A stretch of DNA of 64,000 bases from Laspinema olomoucense D3b (GTDB lineage Bacteria; Cyanobacteriota; Cyanobacteriia; Cyanobacteriales; Laspinemataceae). The notes under the pieces are model-generated. The model worked only from the letters and a program-made list of their open reading frames with translations. It did no database searches and was not told the origin of the DNA. A program made the position numbers and the translations under genes. Shown piece after piece: positions 48,379-58,800 of this stretch. Numbering within the stretch: the stretch's first letter is position 1; each line of letters opens with the position of its first letter. Where the stretch lies: positions 171,902 to 235,901 of the forward strand of contig NZ_JAMXFA010000001.1 of assembly GCF_025370785.1 (NCBI RefSeq), read 5' to 3'.

Positions 48379-50127
48379 TTGATTATGACCCAATTTGACG
48401 AATTGCAACCCCCGCAAGGGTTAACCCCACCTCCATCGCCCCCGGAAAGTTCACCTCCGGCGAGACCGATTGCCCCGGTGTGGTCCTGGGTCAACCACTT
48501 ACTGGGGGCGGGTTCTGACTTTGAAAGAGGGAACCGTCTGTATGAACAAAAAAATTATGCCGGGGCAGTGGCGTTTTATGACAAAGCGATTCAAAAAAAG
48601 CCCACTATGCATCGGGCATTACTGAAACGCGGCACGGCCCTGATGAATTTACATCGCTATGAAGAGGCGATCGCCGGTTATGATGGGGCGATTCAAGTCA
48701 ACCCCGATGACTATTGGGGCTGGACCTTCCGAGGGCGGTGTTTATTTCACTTAAACCGATATCAGGAAGCCTTGGCATCCTTTGATCAAAGCATTCAAAT
48801 TAATAGCAATCAATATGAAGCCTGGTATTTCCGGGGGCGATCGCTTTTAGAACTCCAACAATACAAAGCCGCCGTTACTGCCTTTAATAAAGTTATCAAA
48901 CTCAAACCCAAACTCTCTAGCGGATGGTATTACCGAGCTCTTACCTTCCTAGCCCTCGATCGCCCAGAACTTGCCTTAACATCCTTGGAACAAGCCGTCA
49001 CCCTGGACCCCCAAAACCCAGCGGCTTGGTTCAATCAAGGGGTCGCCCTCGACCTCCTGCAACGCTACGCCGAAGCCGTCAGCGCTTACGATCGCACCCT
49101 ACAACTGGTCCCGGAAAATGCCGCATCCTGGTTTAATCGCGGGGTCACTTTAGAAAAGTTGCAACGCTATACCGATGCCGTCGCCTCCTTTGATCGGGTG
49201 ATTCAATTCGCCCCCAGCAATCCCTTAGTTTGGTTTTATAAAGGTCGCGCCCTCAAACATCAATGGGTAGAAGCGGCGATCGGCTGTTTTGATAAAGCCA
49301 TTGAATTACATCCCAACTGGCCCGAAGCTTGGATGAATCGCGGCATTGCCCTCTCCGATGGGGGTCAGTATGAAGTCGCCTTAAGCTCCTTTGACCAAGC
49401 TACTAAAATTAATCCTAATTTATCCACCGCTTGGTTAGGTCGCGGTATGGCTTTGTACGGGCTAGGCCGCTATAAAGATGCGATTCAAGCCCTGAGCAAT
49501 GCCATTCAAATTCAGCCGAATTTTCCCGAAGCTTGGTATCACAGAGGTCTGGCTTTAGAGCAACTTCAAAAATATGAAGAAGCCCTGACTGCTTATGAAA
49601 AAGTTGTACAAGTTACCCAAGAACCGATGTTTCTTTATCGGTCCTGGGTGAAGCGGTCCGAAGTGTTGGAAAAACTGGAACGCTATCCAGAAGCTCTCGA
49701 TGCTTTTGCGAAAGTGCTGGAAGTTAAACCCAACGATGCTCAAGCCTGGATGAAACGGGGGGATTTACTCTCGTTAGCGCAACGGTATATTGATGCAATT
49801 GTGGCTTATGACCAGGCGATCGCCATCTGGCCTAACCATTATGAACCCTGGATGAAACGAGGGCGGGTTCTGAGTAAAATTGGTCAATATCTCCAGGCGA
49901 TCGGGGCTTATGATACGGTGATCCAAATGAAACCCACCCATTCTCCGGCTTGGTTGCGACGCGGAGAATGCTTGGAGAAATTGCACCGCTATCCCGAAGC
50001 AGCGCGATCCTACGGTGTGGCCCTCGAAGTTGACCCCGCCTGTACCGAGGCGATCGAAAAGCGCAACCGCCTCCATGAAAAACTCGCACAAGAGCCGGTT
50101 TTTCCTAATGAAACCGATTTAATTTAG
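48379..50127 (+). CDS. Tetratricopeptide (TPR) repeat protein
   Basis: About 14 tandem 34-aa TPR units (W..G.AL..L.RY.EA...YD.AI...P motifs) follow a Pro-rich N-terminus. Confidence 0.85.
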   Translation: MIMTQFDELQPPQGLTPPPSPPESSPPARPIAPVWSWVNHLLGAGSDFERGNRLYEQKNYAGAVAFYDKAIQKKPTMHRALLKRGTALMNLHRYEEAIAGYDGAIQVNPDDYWGWTFRGRCLFHLNRYQEALASFDQSIQINSNQYEAWYFRGRSLLELQQYKAAVTAFNKVIKLKPKLSSGWYYRALTFLALDRPELALTSLEQAVTLDPQNPAAWFNQGVALDLLQRYAEAVSAYDRTLQLVPENAASWFNRGVTLEKLQRYTDAVASFDRVIQFAPSNPLVWFYKGRALKHQWVEAAIGCFDKAIELHPNWPEAWMNRGIALSDGGQYEVALSSFDQATKINPNLSTAWLGRGMALYGLGRYKDAIQALSNAIQIQPNFPEAWYHRGLALEQLQKYEEALTAYEKVVQVTQEPMFLYRSWVKRSEVLEKLERYPEALDAFAKVLEVKPNDAQAWMKRGDLLSLAQRYIDAIVAYDQAIAIWPNHYEPWMKRGRVLSKIGQYLQAIGAYDTVIQMKPTHSPAWLRRGECLEKLHRYPEAARSYGVALEVDPACTEAIEKRNRLHEKLAQEPVFPNETDLI

Positions 50128-50169
50128 AGGGAAAAATCAGTTGGTTTTCCTCCTATTCAGGGTGCAGCA

Positions 50170-50604
50170 ATGTTAAAAAAAATCACAGTAGCAACAGCAG
50201 TCGGATTGATTCAACTGGGGATATTCCCTCCTATTGCCTTTAGTGCTAATCCAGAGCATCTCTTGCAGTTACAAAGGGGTAATGAATGTCGAAATTGTGA
50301 CCTCAGTGGGTTCGATCTCACCGGGTTAGATTTACGGGGAGCGGATTTAATGGGTGCAAATTTGCGAAATGCTATTCTTAGCAAAGCCAATCTTATGGCT
50401 GCCAATTTAACCGCCGCTGATCTTCAAAATGCCATTTTGATTGAAACGAATTTGTTTAGTAGTAATCTCAGTTATGCCAATCTCAGCGGGGCGAATTTGC
50501 AAGATGCGATTTTAGTTAGCGCTAATATCAAGGGCACCGACTTTACAGGTGCGCTTCTTCAGGGCAGCAGTGGCGTCCAAGTCGGGCGTCAAGGCTTAGA
50601 ATAA
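50170..50604 (+). CDS. Pentapeptide-repeat protein with signal peptide
   Basis: A signal peptide (ITVATAVGLIQLGIFPPIAFSA) is followed by A(D/N)LxG/A(N/D)LxxA pentapeptide repeats. Confidence 0.85.
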   Translation: MLKKITVATAVGLIQLGIFPPIAFSANPEHLLQLQRGNECRNCDLSGFDLTGLDLRGADLMGANLRNAILSKANLMAANLTAADLQNAILIETNLFSSNLSYANLSGANLQDAILVSANIKGTDFTGALLQGSSGVQVGRQGLE

Positions 50605-50949
50605 ACGCGTCAGGGGACTAGGTTATTGGGACAAAATTACATCAAGTACATCAAGGGGACAAGAAACGAGGTTGCTTTCCAACATCTCTAAGCCGGTGCA
50701 AGAAATGAGGGCGAGAGGGCCGGTACAATTTTTGCTCCAAAGGACAATAAACCGGGTTTCATCCCCCTGATGGATTGGGAATTGGCCGTATCTTATCAAC
50801 AAACCCGTTTTCTGATCTTTACCGGAACGACGCTCCCCAACGCAAATTTAGGGTTGTTTAATTTAATCGTTAAACCGAGGTGATCACCCGCGCTAACCCT
50901 GGCTAAATCTCCCGGATTTAAGTCCTAAAAATTACTCAAATCGTGCCAA

Positions 50950-51948
50950 TTGACTATGCGATTATCTTATATTCAGTCCGGTTTATGGTTGCTGATGCTG
51001 GCTGCGGTGCAGTTCGCTTTGTTTCCCCTTTTCGTCGGGATGATGTTTCAGGAAAAATTCATCTTGGGGGCGATTGAATGGGGCGGATTGCTTCCCCAAA
51101 CCCCGGGGAATTGGCAGTTAATTTTCTGGATACAGGCCCTTGTCTGCGTAGCGGGTATCCCGATGCTGGCCAAATTTTATTATCCCCAAATGGGAGAAGA
51201 TATCAAGAAGATATTCGCGGGAGAAAATCCCAAGGTATTAAAGATTGCCATGCTGAGTGGATTTTCCCTGTTTGTGGCGTGGGAGGCGATCGCAATCGGC
51301 TGTTGGCTAATTCCGGCTGGGGTAGTGGTGGGATTTTTCTTGATTTACCCCATTTTAACAACCCTCGGGGCTTGGAAATTTTGGGGATATCGTCCCCATC
51401 AAACCCGGATTACGGCGATGACAATTGTCACGATTGGCAGTTTATTCGCCTTAAAAGTTCCGGCTATTTTTGCCGCTACTGCGATCCAAGGTTTCTTGGG
51501 AATTTTGGCGGCAATTGTTGGGGGGATTGCTTTTTCCAGTTATTTGCTGTTGACTTATCGAGGGACACGATCGCTTCATCCACTCCCCTTTAGTGCGATC
51601 GCTTTGGGAACCCTGCTGGGATTCGCTTCCCTGAGTTTAATCCTCCCGTTACCGGGTATCGCGATCTCGATGCCACTGTGGGAGTTACCCCGTCTGATGG
51701 TGGGGAGTCTCATCTTAGGGATTTTAGCCTTGGTGGGTTATGCGTTCACCGCTTATGGAATTTTACTCGCTGGGGTGACTCGGGGAGCGACGGCGATCGC
51801 CTGTGTCCCAGCATTGTTTGTTCTATTTGGCTCCATCCTGATTCAGGATTTCTTGGATCTCAAACAAATCTTTGCTTTAGTGATTGTCATTTTAGGCTTA
51901 TTAGTATTAATTACTGAACCGATGGTTCGGCAAGATTGGTATGATTAA
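50950..51948 (+). CDS. Integral membrane protein of unknown function (about 9-10 TM)
   Basis: 332 aa and highly hydrophobic throughout. It lies 97 bp upstream of codA on the same strand. Confidence 0.6.
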   Translation: MTMRLSYIQSGLWLLMLAAVQFALFPLFVGMMFQEKFILGAIEWGGLLPQTPGNWQLIFWIQALVCVAGIPMLAKFYYPQMGEDIKKIFAGENPKVLKIAMLSGFSLFVAWEAIAIGCWLIPAGVVVGFFLIYPILTTLGAWKFWGYRPHQTRITAMTIVTIGSLFALKVPAIFAATAIQGFLGILAAIVGGIAFSSYLLLTYRGTRSLHPLPFSAIALGTLLGFASLSLILPLPGIAISMPLWELPRLMVGSLILGILALVGYAFTAYGILLAGVTRGATAIACVPALFVLFGSILIQDFLDLKQIFALVIVILGLLVLITEPMVRQDWYD

Positions 51949-52045
51949 TCCTGGGGCATTTAGGGAGCAAGGATTTGTCGGCGGGAGAATGCTCACCGGA
52001 GTTAACGCATCATTAGAGAAAAATTAGCCAATCCAGGGATAAAAC

Positions 52046-53338
52046 ATGGTAGAGGTCGATCGCTTAATCTTGCGGGACTGTCGCTTACTGACGGGGGAAC
52101 GGGTAGATATTCAGGTGGAACAGGGGAGAGTCGCGGCGATCGCCCCCCACCTGTCCGGGGAGGCTCCTCGGGAACTGAATGTTCAGGGCAACTTAGTGAG
52201 TCCCCCCTTTGTGGAATCTCACATTCATTTAGATTCCGCCTTAACTGCCGGAGAACCCCGGTTCAATCAAAGCGGCACGTTATTTGAGGGGATTCAAATT
52301 TGGGGGGAACGCAAGCCCAAATTGACCCGGGAGGATGTCAAGCAACGGGCGATCGCAACCTTGAAACAATTGGCATCCCAGGGGGTGTTATTCGTTCGCA
52401 CCCATGTGGATGTGAGTACCCCGGACCTCACAGCGTTACAGGCTATGTTAGAAGTGAGAGAAAATTTCCAAGATTTTCTCACGTTGCAAGTGGTAGCGTT
52501 CCCCCAAGATGGCATTTATGGAGCGGTCCAGACCGAAGAATTGCTGGAAGAAGCATTAAAACAGGGTGCGGATGTGGTGGGTGGGATTCCCCACTATGAA
52601 TTGACCCGGGAGGATGGGGTGCGATCGGTTCATCGCATCTTTGAACTGGCGGAACAATATGACCGCTTGATTGATATTCACTGCGATGAAATCGATGATG
52701 ACCAATCGCGCTTTCTGGAAGTGGTGGCCGCTTGTGCGATTCGCAGTGGTCTGGGTGAGCGAGTTACTGCCTCTCATACGACGGCTTTTGGGTCTTATAA
52801 TAATGCTTATGCCCATAAATTGATGGGATTTTTGCGGCGATCGCAGATTAACTTTGTGGCTAATCCCTTAATTAATATTACCCTCCAAGGACGCACCGAT
52901 ACCTATCCTAAACGGCGCGGTATCACCCGAGTCAAAGAGTTATGGGAAAACGGTTTAAATGTCTCTTTAGGACAGGATTGTATTCAGGACCCCTGGTACA
53001 GTTTGGGAACTGGAAATATGCTCGATGTGGCTTATATGGCGCTTCATGTTTGTCAGATGACTGGGTTGGATGAAATCAATGCCTGTTATGATATGGTGAC
53101 AACTCACGGCGCAAAAACGCTCCAAATTGAACAGGATTATGGTATAGAGGTTGGCAAAGCGGCTAATTTAATCATTTGGGAAGCAGAAAATAAATTTGAG
53201 GTTTTGCGCCGTCGTCCTCCGGTGAGATATGTGATAGCACGAGGCAGATTACTGGCGCAAACTCAACCTTCACTCACCACCTGGGAACTAGAGAACTGGG
53301 GGGGAAGGAATTTAGTTGTAGAGCAATCCAACTGTTAA
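52046..53338 (+). CDS. codA: Cytosine deaminase (amidohydrolase superfamily, CodA-type)
   Basis: Motif-for-motif similarity to enterobacterial CodA as I recall it: PPFVEsHIHLD, NQSGTLFEGI, VRTHVDVS, DRLIDIHCDEIDD, TASHTTA, INFVANPL, YPKRRGITRVKEL, DPWY, NLII. It has the same length class of about 430 aa. Confidence 0.85.
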   Translation: MVEVDRLILRDCRLLTGERVDIQVEQGRVAAIAPHLSGEAPRELNVQGNLVSPPFVESHIHLDSALTAGEPRFNQSGTLFEGIQIWGERKPKLTREDVKQRAIATLKQLASQGVLFVRTHVDVSTPDLTALQAMLEVRENFQDFLTLQVVAFPQDGIYGAVQTEELLEEALKQGADVVGGIPHYELTREDGVRSVHRIFELAEQYDRLIDIHCDEIDDDQSRFLEVVAACAIRSGLGERVTASHTTAFGSYNNAYAHKLMGFLRRSQINFVANPLINITLQGRTDTYPKRRGITRVKELWENGLNVSLGQDCIQDPWYSLGTGNMLDVAYMALHVCQMTGLDEINACYDMVTTHGAKTLQIEQDYGIEVGKAANLIIWEAENKFEVLRRRPPVRYVIARGRLLAQTQPSLTTWELENWGGRNLVVEQSNC

Positions 53339-53466
53339 AATTTCCCGCTTAGGAGGCCCGAAAGGGTTCAAGTCTGGGGGGTGGGTGCTTGAAGAGTAAA
53401 TTTTTTCCCAGATTCACGAAGGAATACGGGAGAGGAAAGAGGATGCTGGAAGCATCATGATAGGAA

Positions 53467-55569
53467 TTAAGCTAGAGGTGGGGTTTCTTCAAGATCCGCG
53501 ATCGCCCGCAGGATATTTTGATAATCTAAATTCGATAAATAATATTCTAACTGTTCCGCTACTTCCCGGTTTTCGGGTTCGAGTTGAGCAATTAAATATT
53601 TAATCTCCCTGGCATCAGCACTGTAGATAGCCTGAGTCATCTGCACAATCCATTCACCCGTGAGATGGGAGTGAGCAAACCGTTCCTTTTTAGCTGTTTT
53701 AATGGCTTCTAAAATAGTATAATAATCAAAATTTTCCAGGCATTCTCGAATAATTTGTTCCAGTTCGCCACATTCGGAGGGAATTGCTGAAACCAGGCGA
53801 TTGAGTCGTTCATCATCAAGGGCTAAAGTCGCGTATTCCAGATCACAAATCAGGGAAGTAGATAAATTTTTTAAATTTTTCCATTGGTTTTCCCTTGAGC
53901 GCACCTGGTCACTTAAAATAGAGGTCATTTCTTCGTAAATGTAGGAAACACCCAAGTGCTTAGACATTTTTTCAAAAACTAGGGATTCTTGAATGGGTTT
54001 AAGCAGAAAATCATCGTATCCAGCGGATAAAATAGCCCCTTTCTCTTCCTCAAAAACACTGGCCGTCACCGCGATAATGGTGGGGGGTAACCCTGTACAA
54101 GTGGCTTTAATTTGTTGGGTGGCTTCGCATCCATCCAGAACAGGCATTCGCACATCCATCCAGATTAAATGGGGTTCAAAACTGCGGGAAATTTCCAGGG
54201 CTTCTTGACCATTTATGGCTTCTCTAACCTCAAATCCTACCCCTGAGAGCATGGTGGTGAGTAGTTGCCGATTAGTGGCTTCGTCATCAGCCACCAAAAT
54301 CCGATAGGGGGGTTGGTTGGGGGCGATCGCCACAACTCGCGGGGTCGAGGTTTGCCCTCCACAGTAGTCGGTTGATCCCACAGGCTTAATGGCAATTTGA
54401 AATTTAAAAGTTGTACCCACATTGGGTTCAGAACTCACCGTAATTTCGCCCCCTAAAAGACGCACATATTTACGGCAGATCACTAACCCAAGTCCCGTCC
54501 CTTCTGCCGCTGCCATGCCGGTTTCAGTCTGTACGAAAGGCTGGAATAGCTTGCTGAGCTCCTCGGGACTAATCCCTCTGCCGGTATCGGTTATTTCAAA
54601 ACTTAAAAAGGTTTTTTCCGGGTCCCTGATGGCATTCACGCGCAGTTTAACTCCTCCCGATGGGGTGAATTTAATGGCATTGCTCAAAAGGTTGATTAAA
54701 ATTTGCCGCAGTTTGAGGCGATCGCTCTCAATGGCGACGGGGACCCGATTTTCTAGGATAATGTCCAGCTTCAACCCTTTTTCTCGCAGTTTGAGGCGAA
54801 ACATTTCTTCGAGTTCGATTAACATATCTTTTAAGATAAATTCCGTCGCATTAATCCCAATTTGATCCGCTTCAATTTTAGATAAATCTAAAATGTCATT
54901 AATTAAATTGAGGAGATGTTCACCACTGCGATGAATGATGCCTAAATTATTTTGTTGTTCGAGAGTTAGGTTAGAACTATGGGTCATCAACTGGGTGAAC
55001 CCCAGAATCGCATTCAGAGGAGTCCGCAACTCATGGCTCATGTTAGCCAAAAAGCTACTTTTCGCTCGATTGGCCGCATTTGCTAACTCTATAGCCTGTT
55101 GCAGGGCTTCTTCCGTGCGTCGCCGCACCCCGATTTCTGTCTCAAGTTCCTGATTTTTTTCTTCTAGCTTTTTCTTGAGCTTTTTATTGGTTAACTGGGC
55201 TTCAACTCTGGCCAATATTTCCTCGGAGTGAAACGGTTTAGTAATATAATCATTAGCCCCATATTTAAACGCTTGCAATAAATTTCCAACATCATTACTA
55301 GCGGTTAAGAAAATAATGGGTATTTCGCTGAATCTGGGATCGTCCTTTAAAATTTTACAGACTTCTAGCCCGCTCATTTCCGGCATCATTAAATCCAGAA
55401 GGATTAGATCCGGCTGGGCTGTTTCTACCCGAGATAAAGCTTGTTGACCACTAGCCGCAAAGGTGGTTTCATAGCCTGCTATTTCTAATATTTCTCCAAT
55501 GACTTGGAGATTTTGTCGGACGTCATCTACGACTAAAATTAAACAATCTTCGGGTTTAAATAGCAACAT
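53467..55569 (-). CDS. Hybrid sensor histidine kinase/response regulator (REC-HisKA-HATPase-REC plus uncharacterised C-terminal domain)
   Basis: N-terminal receiver (LILVVDDV...LILLDLMMP). HisKA H-box ANMSHELRTPLNAI. HATPase N/G boxes (LINLLSNAIKFT, TGRGI, GTGLGL). Second receiver (ILVADDEATNRQ...WMDVRMP). About 170 aa of tail has an internal DYxxILxAI duplication. Confidence 0.85.
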   Translation of the reverse strand: MLLFKPEDCLILVVDDVRQNLQVIGEILEIAGYETTFAASGQQALSRVETAQPDLILLDLMMPEMSGLEVCKILKDDPRFSEIPIIFLTASNDVGNLLQAFKYGANDYITKPFHSEEILARVEAQLTNKKLKKKLEEKNQELETEIGVRRRTEEALQQAIELANAANRAKSSFLANMSHELRTPLNAILGFTQLMTHSSNLTLEQQNNLGIIHRSGEHLLNLINDILDLSKIEADQIGINATEFILKDMLIELEEMFRLKLREKGLKLDIILENRVPVAIESDRLKLRQILINLLSNAIKFTPSGGVKLRVNAIRDPEKTFLSFEITDTGRGISPEELSKLFQPFVQTETGMAAAEGTGLGLVICRKYVRLLGGEITVSSEPNVGTTFKFQIAIKPVGSTDYCGGQTSTPRVVAIAPNQPPYRILVADDEATNRQLLTTMLSGVGFEVREAINGQEALEISRSFEPHLIWMDVRMPVLDGCEATQQIKATCTGLPPTIIAVTASVFEEEKGAILSAGYDDFLLKPIQESLVFEKMSKHLGVSYIYEEMTSILSDQVRSRENQWKNLKNLSTSLICDLEYATLALDDERLNRLVSAIPSECGELEQIIRECLENFDYYTILEAIKTAKKERFAHSHLTGEWIVQMTQAIYSADAREIKYLIAQLEPENREVAEQLEYYLSNLDYQNILRAIADLEETPPLA

Positions 55570-55821
55570 ACAAGTTTAGAGTTGACGGGTAAGAATTAAA
55601 CAGCGGCACAAGACCCTCATCCAATCGGTGCCATATCTATCGAAGAAAGTTACACAGAACTTTGCCCCTGAAGTCCCTTAAACAAGCGGAGTTCTGGTTT
55701 AGGTAGGACAAGGGGCTCGATGAGGTCTGGGTTGGGAGGACTAGAACTGGGGACGCTTGGGGAACTGCTTCCCTGGAGAAGATTTTCTCAACCCGAACCC
55801 TTCGCCTCAGTGAAGATTGAG

Positions 55822-58800
55822 TCATAATAACGAGCGTCTAACCTCGGGGAAATTTTCCAGGGTTTTAGGCAGGCGTTCCCAGTCAAAGGCGGCTATCTGG
55901 CTTTGGAGAGTCGTCGCATAGGCTAAGAGTGCCTGACACTGATATTCTAACGCCCAAGCGTGCAAGCGATCGCTAAAGTTTCTTAAGTCGCGCCGTTTCA
56001 TGGTTTGAGACAACATGGGCCAAGTTGTTTCTTCTTCCTGACGCAGTTGCTCAAGTAATGCCGGTAATTTTCCTAACACTTCCACACTAACCGGATTTTC
56101 ATTGTCCAAACGGGACTCAATCGGGGAACAAACCGTCAGGGTTTTCTCTCCTTCTTCCCGGGGTAAAATACTTTTTAACAGGGAAACCAGTTGCGATCGC
56201 CTCAGCGGTTTGCGCAGAAAACCCTCGCATAGCGATTTGACGAGGGCTTCATCACTCGATCGCGAAGAAGCGGTGAGGACCACAATCGGAATACTCTGGG
56301 TTTCTGGGTTGTTCTTGAGAAATTGGGCAACTTCAATGCCGTTGAGTTCAGGCATCCACAAATCCAATAAAATCAGATCAGGTTGGGAGGCGATCGCCTG
56401 TTCAATGGCTTCCCGGCCATCCCGCGCAAACAGCAGTTGGTGCTTTGTTTTGCCAAAATAGCCCGCAATTAAGTCCAAATTTGAGGGGACATCATCCACG
56501 ATTAAAATCGTTCCGGGTTGGAACTGCTCTAAATTTTCATCCACAGGTGCAGACTCTATGTTGCCAATTTCGGTCCTGGCAATTTCTACATCAGGAAAGA
56601 CAAAAGTAAAGGTACTTCCGTGATGGAGTTCACTTTTTAAATGTATTGTTCCTCCCAGCATTTCTGTGAGTCGTTTGGTAATGGCTAACCCCAACCCTGT
56701 GCCGCCATATTTCCGAGTTGTTTTACCATCGTTTTGGATAAACGCCTCAAAAATCTGCTCTTGGCGATGGGATGGTATCCCGATCCCGGTATCAGACACG
56801 GCCAACTCTAAACATACATGGAACGGCTCGCTAGTCCTGGATAAATTAGCATTCACATGAATCGTTACGGACCCCATTTCCGTGAATTTCAGGGCATTAC
56901 CCACCACATTAAATAGGATTTGCCGCAAGCGGACTTCATCAAATACAATCCCCTCGGGGACCGTCTCACTAATATTAATAAATATCCCTAGACCCTTGGC
57001 TTCTGCCTTCTGGGAAAAAATTTGCTGAATATCCCCCACTAAAGGGCGAATTAATACAGGTTCATAGTTCAATTCTAGCTTCCCTGACTCAATTTTAGAC
57101 AGATCCAGAATATCGTTAATTAAAGCCAGTAAGGTTTGTCCACTTGTAGCAATGGTCTGAAGATAAGACTGCTGTTGTGGCTCATTCATCATCCCTTTGA
57201 GTAGTTCGCAAAATCCTAAAATAGCATTCATTGGAGTCCGAATTTCATGGCTCATATTAGCCAAAAACTCGCTTTTTGCTTGGTTGGCCGCTTCTGCTTT
57301 CTCCTTGGCCTGTTGCAGTTCCTCTTCGATCTGCTTGAGCTCCGTGATATCCATTTCAATTCCATCCCAAATGGTGCGTCCATCCTGCATCCGGCGCGGC
57401 ACTGAACGCAGTTGAGACCACTGAATTTTACCGTCCTGGTTGTACTTCCTCATCTGCATTTGGAAGGGAGACACATTTTTAAAAGATTCTTCCGTAAGCT
57501 GGGCATTCAACGGTTGATCTTCGGGGAAAACTCGGCTGTGCAATAAGCTGGAGTCCGCGATAATGGCTTCCGGGTCTATGCCAATTAACCGCTTAATTCC
57601 GGCGCTGATGTAAGTAAAATGATACCGGCCATCGGGTTCGCGGACCAACTGATAAATCAGCCCTTTATCAAGATTGTCCCCGAGGGTTCGGAGAATTCTT
57701 TCGCGCTCTTGGAGGGCGAATTCCGCTTGTTTGCGATCGGTAATATCCTCGACAATATAGGAAAATCTCGGGTGAGCGCTCATGATTCCGAAAATGGGAC
57801 AAACGCTGGCCGAGAGCCATTTTTCACCTCCAGGTGTTAGATGGTTGTACTCAAATTTTACGGGCTTTCCTGTGCGTTCGGCTGTACGGTAGTGACTCAA
57901 CCACATCTCCAGAGCCACTTTGGAAACACCCATCTCGGTGGCGAAGTGATTTTTCATGGCTTCGGTGGTTGTGCCAAAAAATTGGGCACTCGCTAAATTG
58001 TCAGCCAAATGCAGAATATCCTCGGGATAGAGTTCGATAATTCCCATCAGCATCGAGGCACTGTTAAAAAAGCTGCGGAGGGTAGATTCGCTCTCCTGTA
58101 CTGCTTCTTCCGCCTGTTTGCGATCGGTGATATCTTCGGCAATTCCGACAAAGCGGTAGGACTCCCCAGAGGGATTCTGGATGGGAAAGGACCGCGCTCG
58201 AACCCAGCGAATTTCTCCCTGGGGTTGCACGATGCGGTAGATTTCCTCAAAATCAGTTCCTTCGCTAATTTGGCGCATTAACCTTCTTTGGATATGCTCA
58301 CGCTCCTCTGGATGAACCGATTGTAACCAGTCCCGAGGATTTTGATATAAGCTCTGGCAAGTCCTACCCCAAATTTCTTCATAAGCGGGACTGATATAAA
58401 TCATCTCACCGGATTGAGAGAGGATAAAGAAAACTTCTTGAATATTTTCAGCGAGTTGTCGGAATTTTTCTTCGCTTTCCCGTAATTCCTGTTCGGCCAA
58501 TTTAGCCTGGGTGATGTCTTGGACTGTGCCAAAAAGTTCGACTCTTTCTCCCGATTCATTGAAAATGGGCTGCCCTTTACCGAGGATATAGCGGACAGTC
58601 CCATCGGGTAAAAGAACCCGAAATTCATGTTCCTGGGGGAACTCTTGGGCAAGCAATTCGTTAAAATTACCGGGAAATTTGGGTAAATCTTGGGGGTGAA
58701 TTCGCTCTAAAAAGTCGCGATAAGTGGGTTCGATGAATGGGGATTCAAATCCGAAAATCCGAAAAGCTTCTTCCGAACCTAGGAGCTTTTTCGTGAGCAG

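Noticed and set aside
53440-53460. Short palindrome gatgctggaagcatc downstream of codA and the hybrid kinase, considered as a bidirectional terminator
   Set aside because: The stem has only 6 bp, moderate GC and no flanking U-tracts, which is too weak to call.
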